Below, one piece after another: positions 46,452-55,723 of a DNA stretch of 56,917 nucleotides. The position numbers and the translations under genes are program-made. Where the stretch lies: positions 1 through 56,917 of the IMG/VR virus record IMGVR_UViG_3300035660_000009. One strand, given 5' to 3'. The notes below the pieces were generated by a model. That model was not told the origin of the DNA. It saw only the letters and a program-made list of their open reading frames with translations, and ran no database searches. The DNA comes from a virus. Lineage: Duplodnaviria > Caudoviricetes. Every line of letters begins with the position of its first letter. Position 1 is the stretch's first letter.

Positions 46452-46868
46452 TTAAGCTTTCCCTTCCCCTGGCACCGTGTCGGGTGTGAGACCACGCATC
46501 TCCGGGGGAAGGGCGGAGAAGACCTCTGGGTGCTCCTCCGCGAAGTGTGCTACCATCTCACCCGACGACAGGGGTGCCTTCCAGGCACCACCACCCTCCT
46601 CCCTCACCCTAAAGTGGGTGATGAAACACTGGTGACACATCCCACACGCAAGCTTGGTCCACCCCCCATATCTCCACGTGTGGAGTGAGTGACCCGCGGG
46701 ACATACTATCTGGGTGAGTTCACGTGTGAGGGGGATGTTGTAGTGTCTCCCACAGGTGTGACAGAAGAGAGGGAACGATATGACGGGGTCCCTGTTAGGG
46801 TCGCAATGGAGTTCGTTCGACATGGTGGTCACACACGTACCACACCAGTTCTGAGGAACCCAAGCCAC
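46452..46868 (-). CDS. Zn-ribbon hypothetical protein
   Basis: Multiple CxxC and CPxxH motifs. Confidence 0.55.
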   Translation of the reverse strand: MAWVPQNWCGTCVTTMSNELHCDPNRDPVISFPLFCHTCGRHYNIPLTRELTQIVCPAGHSLHTWRYGGWTKLACGMCHQCFITHFRVREEGGGAWKAPLSSGEMVAHFAEEHPEVFSALPPEMRGLTPDTVPGEGKA

Positions 46869-47023
46869 ACCTTACGTGTCATGGGTGCATGGTACTGAAC
46901 ACTTCCAGGTCGCGCGACGTGCCACAACTTGGAACCATCAAGAGCGGGACTCACCATTGCGCGACCTTTGGCGAGGCGGTTCGCCTTTCGGATCGACAGT
47001 GGTTTCGTTTGTGTTGCCGGCAT
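46829..47023 (-). CDS. hypothetical protein
   Basis: GGAGG RBS and promoter motif upstream. Confidence 0.55.
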   Translation of the reverse strand: MPATQTKPLSIRKANRLAKGRAMVSPALDGSKLWHVARPGSVQYHAPMTRKVWLGFLRTGVVRV

Positions 47024-47153
47024 GGTTTGCCTCCAACCGGGCGTGATATATTATATGGCAACCGGGGGTGACCATGTTGCCGTGCACGATCACCGAGGGT
47101 GACGACGTACTGGGGGAAAGCACGTTGTACACCCCACCCGGTTGCCAAACATC

Positions 47154-47429
47154 CTACTTGCGGAGTGCCCGCTTGAGGAGGTCGATCGTAGTCTCCGCAA
47201 CCAACCCCTCACTCGACAACTTGTCTAGGGGAGACAATTTGGAGAACCACACCTCCAGGTGGCCCAGTGCTTGTCTCACGAGAGTGGGGTTACAAGTCAG
47301 GTGCTTCCTCAACTCCTTCCCGAGGTAAGCCTCAAGGTAGTCCCAGTCAATGGGTGCGTTGCTGAGGTCGCCAAAATTGCCCTCTCTGAGAGACTCAACG
47401 ATCGACTGTGCGAGAGTAGCGGGGTTCAT
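47154..47429 (-). CDS. hypothetical protein
   Basis: 91 aa with GGAG RBS; N-terminal AQSIVESLRE. Confidence 0.55.
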   Translation of the reverse strand: MNPATLAQSIVESLREGNFGDLSNAPIDWDYLEAYLGKELRKHLTCNPTLVRQALGHLEVWFSKLSPLDKLSSEGLVAETTIDLLKRALRK

Positions 47430-47539
47430 TCGGGTAACTCCGCTAAGGGACCCAACTGTATGAGTTCGGAGTTTCTTACCTCCACAGGAGAGACCGTACC
47501 TTCAATATGATTCATCATGCACAAACTAGTGGGTTGGGT

Positions 47540-48105
47540 CAAAAGGGTGCCAACGGGTAGGGGGGTCCTGTGACGTCGCCCGTACGTCCCGGACCAGGAC
47601 TCTCGCGCACGGAGGTGATGCGGCGAGAATCTTGTGTGGTTGAGAGTACCACACGCCACCTACCACGTTGGCAAGAGGTGTGGGGTAGGTCGGTATCCGT
47701 ACGGGGGGACATACAGACCCTAAACCTACCCCACTTGTACTTGATCGGGTCCCGTGTGGGTTGCAGGACTGGTACTCACCCATGCGTCGCTCATCACGCG
47801 AACTCACAGAACCCGGTCGACGGAGACTCCAGTGGGCAAACAGAGTTCTGGGAGGTAACCCTACGATGCCCGCTCGGGTTTCCTTTTCCCGTCGTCTGTG
47901 CAATCTGGTGTCCCCGTCGACTGTTCAAATAGGTTTGGTGTGTGGTAGACCGGATTACCCCGGCAACGCATACGGAGCGTCATCGACCCGTCGGTCGATG
48001 AGCAAGGGTCGGGAAAGTGAGTTGCAATCCCACACGCCCAACTTGGCTTGTTTCGTGGTGAGCACACATGTCCTCTGCCACGCTCTTCCCACACACCAAA
48101 CGGTT
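47540..48105. ncRNA. candidate large structured non-coding RNA
   Basis: No convincing ORF; more than 10 complementary segment pairs, including 11-bp and 13-bp perfect helices and two crossing long-range helices (see findings). Confidence 0.6.
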
Positions 48106-48130
48106 GTCAAAGATCGTTACGACATCACAC

Positions 48131-48358
48131 CTAACGAGACACGACAAACCTTACCCACGTCCAACGGGAGCAAGTGCAGTGACTACGGAGACACGGCCCG
48201 GCACCGTGACGCCGTACCCCACCCACAAAAACAAGGTCCGCGTGGTCCGTTATGCTGTGTCCACACTTACAAATCTCGTCGACAATCATCTTGCCCTGGG
48301 GGGTGATGTTGCCGATCGAGCCGTACCCCACACCGAACCCTGTCTTTTGCCTTGTCAT
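48131..48358 (-). CDS. small Cys/His hypothetical protein
   Basis: CKCGH...H...C...C.C. Confidence 0.6.
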   Translation of the reverse strand: MTRQKTGFGVGYGSIGNITPQGKMIVDEICKCGHSITDHADLVFVGGVRRHGAGPCLRSHCTCSRWTWVRFVVSR

Positions 48359-48400
48359 GGTTACACCTTTCCACCCACCGTCGACAATTGCTAAAGTTCG

Positions 48401-49381
48401 TTACGACCGACGGAGACGTGAACTGCAGTGGGAGCACCGATGGGCGTTTGTCGCCATCACGGTGGTCGCTTCACCGAGGAGTGTCGTCACCCTCTCCCGA
48501 CTCGCGGTGGGAAGGTCCCTCGCGGACATGGTCGCGAGGTTCATCACGTCGTACATCGAGGGGGAGTTCGGCAACTCGGGCAACATCTCCACGACGCCCT
48601 GGACGAAGGGTCTCGGGAGAGCGAACTCCTGACCCAACCGGATGATGGTCTGCTCGTTGTTCTCCACGCGGACGTCGTCGAGGGCGAACAGGTGGCCGAC
48701 CAACGTGGTCGCCCGAACCTTCTGTGCCTGGCACACGTTCCGCACCTCCTGGGCGACGAGGTCGGTGTGGTTGACCTTGCGGAGACGTTCGTAGCACCGC
48801 TGCACCCCGTTCGTGCACGCCAACCTCCAGCAATACGGACCGAGTTCCACCTGGCCGTTCATCCTGACGACGATCCCGGTGTGGATGAGGTCACCCTTCT
48901 CCTTCGGGCGGTCTGTCGCCTGCTGGCTGACGAACCACATCCGAAGGGTGTGACCGTGCTCCTCGATCTGGACGTTCTTGACCGGGATCTCCTCGGCGAT
49001 GACGTCGAAGACGGTCGCGGGTGGAACAACACAACCACCCTTGGGTGTCGTAACCGAGGACACCCTACTCACCGTCCCCGTGAACCTCGCCAACACGTCC
49101 TTCCGTTTGGCGATGCTGTGGGAGATCATCCGAGCGACCAGCTCGGGGTCACTCTCGAACTCCCTCAGTCCTCCGGACGAGATCCCCGCTTGGGCGAGCA
49201 ACCCGATGGTGTCCGTAACGGGAAGGACCATGTCCCCCCGACGGAGACCGATTCGCGTTCCCTCGACCTCCGGGATCAACACCAACCCGGTCTTCGAGAG
49301 TTCCGTGTCCAGAGCCCAGTGACCCATCTGCTGGACCCTGCTACGGCCTTCCTCCAGCGTGAGCATTGCCGGTTGGACCAT
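48401..49381 (-). CDS. DUF932-like protein
   Basis: RLACTNG motif, YD..N..T..A; promoter motif upstream. Confidence 0.65.
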   Translation of the reverse strand: MVQPAMLTLEEGRSRVQQMGHWALDTELSKTGLVLIPEVEGTRIGLRRGDMVLPVTDTIGLLAQAGISSGGLREFESDPELVARMISHSIAKRKDVLARFTGTVSRVSSVTTPKGGCVVPPATVFDVIAEEIPVKNVQIEEHGHTLRMWFVSQQATDRPKEKGDLIHTGIVVRMNGQVELGPYCWRLACTNGVQRCYERLRKVNHTDLVAQEVRNVCQAQKVRATTLVGHLFALDDVRVENNEQTIIRLGQEFALPRPFVQGVVEMLPELPNSPSMYDVMNLATMSARDLPTASRERVTTLLGEATTVMATNAHRCSHCSSRLRRS

Positions 49382-49436
49382 GTGTGGCTCTCCTATCCCT
49401 GTCCCTTACCCCTCACCCTATATTATATGCCAACCC

Positions 49437-49871
49437 TTACGGGAGGGCTGTTAGGGTCCATGTGAATTTGAACTGGTAGTCGGACGTCTTGAGGTGTGGG
49501 GCGAAGACCGCACGGGCGATGAGTTCGCCGTTAGCCGCGACCAGACCCGCCTCAGAGATGGGGAACCCGTTCGCCTCGCCCACGAGGAGGTAGACAACAA
49601 GTTGTGCGGTGTCGTCAGTGGGATAGGTGCGCGAGGCGATGTCCTTAATAGGGGTTATGGGGGTCTGGAGTAGGGTGTCCGTCACGAGGGGTGAGTCCGT
49701 TCCCGTTCCGAACTGCATCTTCGCGACCTGTTGGTTCGCCGCATCGTCACCCGCGAGGAGTTTCGCAAGGTGGGTGTACCCCTGGTTGAGGAACAGGTTG
49801 TGCGTCTCAGCGACCCGTACGACCTCACCCGTTACGGGGTTTACCTTGTCCACAACGAGTTCGCCTCTCAT
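49437..49871 (-). CDS. tail-collar/baseplate-associated protein-like (paralog A)
   Basis: HNL....G...LA.LL.G, FGTG, EANG..ISEAGL, AR.VF and K......FTW. Confidence 0.6.
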   Translation of the reverse strand: MRGELVVDKVNPVTGEVVRVAETHNLFLNQGYTHLAKLLAGDDAANQQVAKMQFGTGTDSPLVTDTLLQTPITPIKDIASRTYPTDDTAQLVVYLLVGEANGFPISEAGLVAANGELIARAVFAPHLKTSDYQFKFTWTLTALP

Positions 49872-50160
49872 AGTTGCCCACTCCTAAAAGGGTGGCCACA
49901 TCACGTGACCTCAGGAACCTCACCAGTTCACCGAACTTGATCTCCACCGCACCCAACCTAACGGCCAACGCTCTCTTGCCCTTTGTCAAGTCGTAATGTG
50001 GGAGGCGTTTGTCCTGAAACCACTCCCTCTTCAACCCCAACCGTGTGGCGAAAGAGTGGAGTTCCTCGAGAGAGTCGGCCACAAGGTGGCAAGACTCGGT
50101 GTACCTCCACCTCGCATTCGGTACGCAAAAACCCAAACTGTCAACGTATACACTCATCAC
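49825..50160 (-). CDS. DUF4031-family protein
   Basis: VYVD...CHLVADS.EELH.FA.RLGL.R.WFQ...HYDL...KR..A..LGA. Confidence 0.8.
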   Translation of the reverse strand: MMSVYVDSLGFCVPNARWRYTESCHLVADSLEELHSFATRLGLKREWFQDKRLPHYDLTKGKRALAVRLGAVEIKFGELVRFLRSRDVATLLGVGNYERRTRCGQGKPRNG

Positions 50161-50373
50161 TCACCGGGTCGCGGTAACCGAGCAAACCTGCGGAGGAACC
50201 TCTCCGACGACCAACCCGTGCCGCCGAATGAGTTCGCCCACCTAAAACCCCGTCCGTCCCCTGAATTGTAGGTGGGTCCTCGAAGGGTGATGCGGTCTGA
50301 CCCACCCGCTGGTTGCTCAACAACCAACACCATTCCTACCCGCAACTGTGTGTGTCTCGGGATCATGACCACG

Positions 50374-50847
50374 TTACACCCATGTGAGGGTCCACCTGAT
50401 AAGCCACTCAAAAGCACCACTTTTAGCCATCCCCGGGAAGGTTTTTCTTGCCGCCAACACGTGAGTGGAGAACAGGAGACCCGCCTCCTGGAAGACCACA
50501 CCGTTACCCAGACCCGCGGCGAGCGTGGCCTCGAACCTCACACTCTTCAGTGCGGGGTAGGAAAACGTCGTAACGGCGAACTCAACAGGGTTGGTTATCA
50601 CTGTGTCACCCGCGACCTCGGGTACACCACTCGTCCCGAGTTGGACGTACGCGACCTTGTAGTCCGCGGCGGGTCCACCTCCAACGATCCCTCTCACCTC
50701 CTGGGTGAGGAACCCAGCAACGATGACGTTCTCCTGGTCGACCAACCTCTCCCACTCCGCTTCACCGAACCCTCTTCTGAGGATCTCCAGCCGCCCTCGT
50801 ACCTGGGGGATCCTGTCAGAGCGGTTGCCAACTCGGGTGGTAGTCAC
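50374..50847 (-). CDS. tail-collar/baseplate-associated protein-like (paralog B)
   Basis: N.IV..G, LGT, GNG...EAGL, ARKTF and K......IRW.L. Confidence 0.6.
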   Translation of the reverse strand: MTTTRVGNRSDRIPQVRGRLEILRRGFGEAEWERLVDQENVIVAGFLTQEVRGIVGGGPAADYKVAYVQLGTSGVPEVAGDTVITNPVEFAVTTFSYPALKSVRFEATLAAGLGNGVVFQEAGLLFSTHVLAARKTFPGMAKSGAFEWLIRWTLTWV

Positions 50848-50862
50848 AAGAGTCTCCTTTCC

Positions 50863-51060
50863 TCACTCACCATCCAGGTCTGCGGACAACCAATCCGCCC
50901 TCGTCCTTAGGTGTCTCTCGATCTGGTCCTTCAACTCTGGGTAGACCCACCCCTCACCCAACAACCAGTCCAGGTACGAGGTGGGAACGTCACTGATATG
51001 TTTCCCTTTGTGGCAACCGAATTGCAGGATCGGGTCGGGTTCAGGCATGATGGGGTACAC
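50863..51060 (-). CDS. DUF3820/ExoX C-terminal-like small protein
   Basis: FG.HKG..I.DVP.SYL.WL. Confidence 0.75.
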   Translation of the reverse strand: MYPIMPEPDPILQFGCHKGKHISDVPTSYLDWLLGEGWVYPELKDQIERHLRTRADWLSADLDGE

Positions 51061-51898
51061 CCTTCTCCTTCAGGTACGCCTCTGCCGCAAGTTCACCACC
51101 AACACGCGAGGCAACTCGAGAGAACAGGACATGGTCGAACCCAGCAACCTCTAACTGGTGATCCTTCTCCGTGTAGTACCCTCTGACACACCAGAACGGT
51201 GCGTGCCCCTCGGAATGGATGACCGACCCTGTGGGACCCACACCGAGGTGTTGAACCTGATAGGGTGGTTTCGTTCGGGTACAATACGAGTAACCCGCAC
51301 TCTTAAGTGAGGCAAACTGTACGTCCGCGAACCCCTTCGGTTGGTCGCCGAAGTGGACACCCACTACGTCCAGTGCCCTACGGTCGAACACAACGTGTGC
51401 CTCACCCGTGTAACTCAGTTGTGCGAACATACTCGTACCAAACGAAAAGTGTTCACCCAGTGTCGCTAATCCGAAGAGGGTTAGCGCACCCACCTTGTGA
51501 CCCTCCTGGATCAACGCCTGCAGGTCGCCTACACACTCGTGGACCGTCGCGGAGGAGACGAGGACGTCGTCATCCTTGAGAAAGATATAGTCGTAGGGTG
51601 GGTCCACGCTGAGAGCGAGGGTCAACACGTCTCTCCTAGCGAGTCCACACCGTTGGTTTGCCACTGCAAGTGTAGGACGCCCGAGGTAACTCCGCTTCAG
51701 GGTACTCGCGTGAATCGCGACACCCTTGGAGAGCATCTCCTCGAGGTACGTGTGGACGTCCTTGTAGGTCGACCCGTCGTCGAAGATCCAGTAGGTAAAC
51801 TCGTCCCGCCTGTCCTTGAGGAGCCACCCCGTGGTCAACCTCAACAGGTTTGGCCTGTTGTAGGTGGTCGTGACGACGAGAACTTTAGGGTTGCTCAC
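51041..51898 (-). CDS. glycosyltransferase family 2
   Basis: TYNRP..L, DDGS, DDD (DxD) and VQHLG. Confidence 0.8.
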   Translation of the reverse strand: MSNPKVLVVTTTYNRPNLLRLTTGWLLKDRRDEFTYWIFDDGSTYKDVHTYLEEMLSKGVAIHASTLKRSYLGRPTLAVANQRCGLARRDVLTLALSVDPPYDYIFLKDDDVLVSSATVHECVGDLQALIQEGHKVGALTLFGLATLGEHFSFGTSMFAQLSYTGEAHVVFDRRALDVVGVHFGDQPKGFADVQFASLKSAGYSYCTRTKPPYQVQHLGVGPTGSVIHSEGHAPFWCVRGYYTEKDHQLEVAGFDHVLFSRVASRVGGELAAEAYLKEKGVPHHA

Positions 51899-52410
51899 TT
51901 AACGCAAACCTCCGTGGGTTGTCCGACACCCACCTCCGGAAGGTAGTCGCGGATGTGGGGGTTCCCTGGTGGCTTGTGGGAGAAGACCACCCACTTGACC
52001 CGCTTCGCTTTGAACCCTTCCTTCAGTTCCTCCCAAGACTGGTCGCCAGCGAACCTCCGGATAATCTGAAGCAGGTGGTTGCAAAAGACCCGACCGTGAG
52101 CGGGTGAGTTGCGACCAAGGCGGTGTTTGTACATCGCGACGTGGGTCAACTCGTGGAGGACCACAAAATCGTTCCACTTGGACTTAGGTAGCACGAGCGT
52201 GCCCATCCATCCCATGGACGCTCTCCACCAATCAGGACCGACGATGAACTTGAACTCGCGTCTCGCGAAGGGGTACTTGGTCTTCCACCACCGACTCCCA
52301 ACTACAGTGGAGATGAACTGTTTCACCTCGTCGAGCGACCCGAACTGCCGTCGGGTAGTGACGAAGCGCTCCGCGTCGTAGACCTTTTGCCTCTGCGAGT
52401 CGCGCTTCAT
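51895..52410 (-). CDS. zincin metallopeptidase-like protein
   Basis: RD.QR.KVY.AE, VVLHELTH and AHG..F. Confidence 0.75.
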   Translation of the reverse strand: MKRDSQRQKVYDAERFVTTRRQFGSLDEVKQFISTVVGSRWWKTKYPFARREFKFIVGPDWWRASMGWMGTLVLPKSKWNDFVVLHELTHVAMYKHRLGRNSPAHGRVFCNHLLQIIRRFAGDQSWEELKEGFKAKRVKWVVFSHKPPGNPHIRDYLPEVGVGQPTEVCVK

Positions 52411-52415
52411 TTGTG

Positions 52416-52616
52416 CTACTCCCAGTGCTCTCGAATGTGGTCCCTTATCTGCTCGAGTGTGAGCCACCCATAACCCTCGCGTAGAAGCATCGCTTGGATC
52501 TTCTTGAGCCCACTCTCGAACTGAGCCTTCACCCGGTCGGGTGTGGTCTCCACAACTCCCTGGTGTAACGCGTGTACGATCCGCTGCGCGCGTTTGTCAC
52601 TCATCAGGTCTGCCAC
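52416..52616 (-). CDS. hypothetical protein
   Basis: GAGGAGG RBS; promoter motif upstream. Confidence 0.55.
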   Translation of the reverse strand: MADLMSDKRAQRIVHALHQGVVETTPDRVKAQFESGLKKIQAMLLREGYGWLTLEQIRDHIREHWE

Positions 52617-52642
52617 GGACGATCTACCCTCCTCTCGTTATA

Positions 52643-53362
52643 TTATATGGCAACCCGGTCACCACATTCCGCCGGCATCCGTTGGAACAACTCTTTCTCT
52701 GCCCATACCACGAATGTTGCACCGTTCTGTTGGCACCACAGTCTTCCAGCTTCGAACTTCAACCTCTTCGTCTCGCTCGTAACGTCCCACCCGACCTCGA
52801 TCAACTCCCGTCTTCCGTCTCGGTAGGTGACGAGGATGTCTGGGACATACAGTCGCTCCGTTCCCTTCGTATCGGTGTAAGGGATTGAGAAAGGTTCGTA
52901 CCTGTAGGAGACGACGGTCACGTCTTTCTCCAACCACTGGAATGCGAGTAACTCGTAGGACGACCGGTGGTAGAACCTCTTTCCATTCTTCGCAGACCAA
53001 AAGTGACCTACTCGACCCTGAAACCACTTTCCCTCAAGAATAAGTTGCACCACGGTCATAGACATTTTCGGGCGGGACCCCCGCAACTTCGCCCTGAACT
53101 CCTCCGAACGCGGAACCGCAGCGTACTTGTTGCCACGATGCCACGGGTGGGGTCCAGCAGCGTATCGGTTGCCGAGGTTTATCAGGCGAAGCTTCTCTCT
53201 CACCTCTTCACGGATCGGTGGTCGGGGCCTTCGTAACGCCTCCTGTACCTCTGGCCTCTTCGCGGGATTCTTGTCGCCACACATCGACGGTCGAGGAACC
53301 CCACGTCCGCCACCGTACTTGTTGCTAAGGTCCGCCAAACGAATCTTTTCCTCTCGTTCCAT
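52643..53362 (-). CDS. NUMOD3 + TnsA-like endonuclease-fold protein (copy 3)
   Basis: GDKNPAKRPEV; RSSYEL...YVPDILV...IEVG...FVVWAE. Confidence 0.8.
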   Translation of the reverse strand: MEREEKIRLADLSNKYGGGRGVPRPSMCGDKNPAKRPEVQEALRRPRPPIREEVREKLRLINLGNRYAAGPHPWHRGNKYAAVPRSEEFRAKLRGSRPKMSMTVVQLILEGKWFQGRVGHFWSAKNGKRFYHRSSYELLAFQWLEKDVTVVSYRYEPFSIPYTDTKGTERLYVPDILVTYRDGRRELIEVGWDVTSETKRLKFEAGRLWCQQNGATFVVWAEKELFQRMPAECGDRVAI

Positions 53363-53363
53363 A

Positions 53364-54335
53364 TTACGTAGCAACCCGCGAGGTCTTTTCCACATGGTTG
53401 GCAATGGACTCCACGGAATGGCTCAACATCCTGTCACAACCCGTCTCACGGCACTCCTTCTTCCAGCCCTTGAGGGAGTTGTAGTTGCAAGGGAGACTAC
53501 ACCGGGTGCTCTCACCATCAAGGGGGGTGAGGGACGGGTAGGTCCGCGTGATGTTCCTCCCGTCTGTCGGACCGAAGACACCCACCGCGGGGGCACCGAG
53601 AGAAGCGCACAAGTGGACCATCAAGGAGTCCACTGTGAGGACCACCTTGCACTGCTTCACCACACCAGCGACGAGGGGAATGGGGAGACCCACACACAGT
53701 GTGGTACCGTCGGGGACCTCTATGGGGGGTACCACACAATCGAACCACACCACGTTACCGGACTTGGAGAGGCGTTCGGCAAGGGGCACCCACAAGTCTA
53801 CGGGAAGACTTCTTGCCCTACAGGTGCACCGTGGTTGGTACCCGATCAGAGGTCTACCGAGGTCGCACCTCTGAGTGACCCACTCTCGTGCGCACCTCAT
53901 CTCGTCTTCGGAAACACGCCACTGCGGACACGCGCGCGAAACGTCCTCCACACCCCCAGTCCGGGCGAACACCTGAGGACGGTTGAACAACAGTTCACCC
54001 ACACACGTTGCCTCGTACTGGAATGCTGGACAGTACTCGTCTACCACAGGGTAACCTCTGTCCAGGATCGACTTCAGGTATGGGTACTTGGTGGGGTCGA
54101 GGGGGTCGCACCTCCCCCTACGAGTCCTCCGAACGTCCTCCAGGAAACCGAGGCTCCACACCTCATCGACACCCACCAGGTGGCTCGCGGTGTCGACAAA
54201 CGGTTGAGGTGTGTATACGATCACACGCCAATGGGGGTGAGCGAGTTTGATCGCGAGAGCAGCAGCACCGAGGCAGATTACGTCACCGTACCCACCCGCC
54301 TCCCTCAACAAGATGACGCCCTCTTGGTCTCTCAC
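53364..54335 (-). CDS. glycosyltransferase family 9 (heptosyltransferase-like)
   Basis: GG.GDV...IK..HP, RSLP...W and VDS...HL..SLG.P.VG.FGPT. Confidence 0.85.
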   Translation of the reverse strand: MRDQEGVILLREAGGYGDVICLGAAALAIKLAHPHWRVIVYTPQPFVDTASHLVGVDEVWSLGFLEDVRRTRRGRCDPLDPTKYPYLKSILDRGYPVVDEYCPAFQYEATCVGELLFNRPQVFARTGGVEDVSRACPQWRVSEDEMRCAREWVTQRCDLGRPLIGYQPRCTCRARSLPVDLWVPLAERLSKSGNVVWFDCVVPPIEVPDGTTLCVGLPIPLVAGVVKQCKVVLTVDSLMVHLCASLGAPAVGVFGPTDGRNITRTYPSLTPLDGESTRCSLPCNYNSLKGWKKECRETGCDRMLSHSVESIANHVEKTSRVAT

Positions 54336-55723
54336 TTCTGCTCACCCATTGGTTTACGCCCCTGAGGCGTCAACGCCCTTGGCTTCGGAACAATACGGGT
54401 TAGGTCAGTCGGAGGGAGGTTGGACATGATCCACGCGGCAGCCTTGAGCCAGATGAAACGGAGTGCGCACTGAGTGGCAACCGGGGCGGATATGTCACCG
54501 TGCACCCCGAGACTCTCCTCCCTGCAACCACCACCGCAAGAAAACCTCACGGGACACTGCATGCACCCCTTCCGTAAGTAGATCCTGTTGTCCAACCACT
54601 TCGCCCTGAGTTCCTCGTCGAGACCACCCCGGAACACGTTCCCAATCAACGAGGACTGCTCCCGGTGGCAGGCGAAAGTGTCCCCTTTGGAATTCACCGA
54701 CACGTATCCCACACCTGCCCCACATTCAGTTCCACTGTGGATACAATAGAGGAGTCTCTCGAGGGTCTTGGTGATGTTGTGGAACACGGGTTTCCGACCC
54801 AGTTGGATCTGCTCGACAAACCAATCCGCCACCTTTAGGTACTGGTCCTCCAACATCAGGAGGTCCTCCTGGGTAATGGTGACCTTGGAGGCATTGGGGT
54901 CGACGCACAGGGACTCCGTGAGGAAGGAGGGTTCGATGGACACGTGGTTCCCGAACCCATCCCAGACGAGTTGGTTCAAGAACTTCGCGACGTCGAGCAT
55001 CTCGCCAGCGGTGTCCTTGGTGTAGGTCGCTCTGAGGGTGATGGACCCCGTGAACTGTTCCTGCCTGAGGAGCCTCAATCCCTCGAGAACGTCCTTGAAG
55101 GAACCCCTCCCGTTCGCGTCCTTCCGGTGCCTGTCGTGGACGTGTTCGGGTCCGTCGAGGGACACGATGAAGGAGAACCTCCTACCCCTCAAGAACGCCA
55201 ACTTGTCCTTCGAGAACAACGTCCCGTTGGTGGTGATGTGGAAGTGTGGTTGAGCGGGGAAGGTCCTCCCCTCGAAGTACCTGACGACGTCCACGATCGT
55301 CCGCCAGTTCAAGAGTGGTTCACCACCGAAGAACCCGATACTCCCACCCTTAGCTGCCTCCACATTCGGGAAGAGGTAGTCGATCGCGGACCTCGCGGTG
55401 TCGAACGACATCATGTCCACACCAGGGTAATATGCCCGGACCAGGCAATAATCGCATCGAAGGTTACACGCGTGACAAGCCTCGATGACGAGATACCTGC
55501 ACGAGGAGAGCCTGTAACAGGGGAACACAGGTCGGTACTCCACCCCGAGGACGAGGTCGGGTGGGTGGTTTTTGGGGTTCTCACCAGGTTCGAGTTGTGC
55601 TAAGACCATCGAGTTGCAGTCGTACACGAACCTGCGGTCCCTAACAGTGAACTCGAACAGCTCGGGTTTCGCACCACCTGTGCACCTCACCTTAGGCGAG
55701 GTATCCGCGTTGAGAAGTTTCAT
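54332..55723 (-). CDS. radical SAM/SPASM maturase
   Basis: CNLRCDYC, FFGGEPLL, TTNGT, SLDG...HD; SPASM CGAG...G...ACH...C..C.....CGGGC...C. Confidence 0.9.
   Translation of the reverse strand: MKLLNADTSPKVRCTGGAKPELFEFTVRDRRFVYDCNSMVLAQLEPGENPKNHPPDLVLGVEYRPVFPCYRLSSCRYLVIEACHACNLRCDYCLVRAYYPGVDMMSFDTARSAIDYLFPNVEAAKGGSIGFFGGEPLLNWRTIVDVVRYFEGRTFPAQPHFHITTNGTLFSKDKLAFLRGRRFSFIVSLDGPEHVHDRHRKDANGRGSFKDVLEGLRLLRQEQFTGSITLRATYTKDTAGEMLDVAKFLNQLVWDGFGNHVSIEPSFLTESLCVDPNASKVTITQEDLLMLEDQYLKVADWFVEQIQLGRKPVFHNITKTLERLLYCIHSGTECGAGVGYVSVNSKGDTFACHREQSSLIGNVFRGGLDEELRAKWLDNRIYLRKGCMQCPVRFSCGGGCREESLGVHGDISAPVATQCALRFIWLKAAAWIMSNLPPTDLTRIVPKPRALTPQGRKPMGEQK

Noticed and set aside
47600-47980. CsrA-sponge interpretation from several ACGGA motifs on the plus strand
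   Set aside because: Only about three motifs, the transcribed strand is uncertain, and this number could arise by chance.
47540-48105. Group I/II intron, RNase P RNA, tmRNA or retron identity for the structured region
   Set aside because: I found no domain V, P7, GAGGAAAGUCC or tRNA-like ends. There is no interrupted host gene and no reverse transcriptase in the window.
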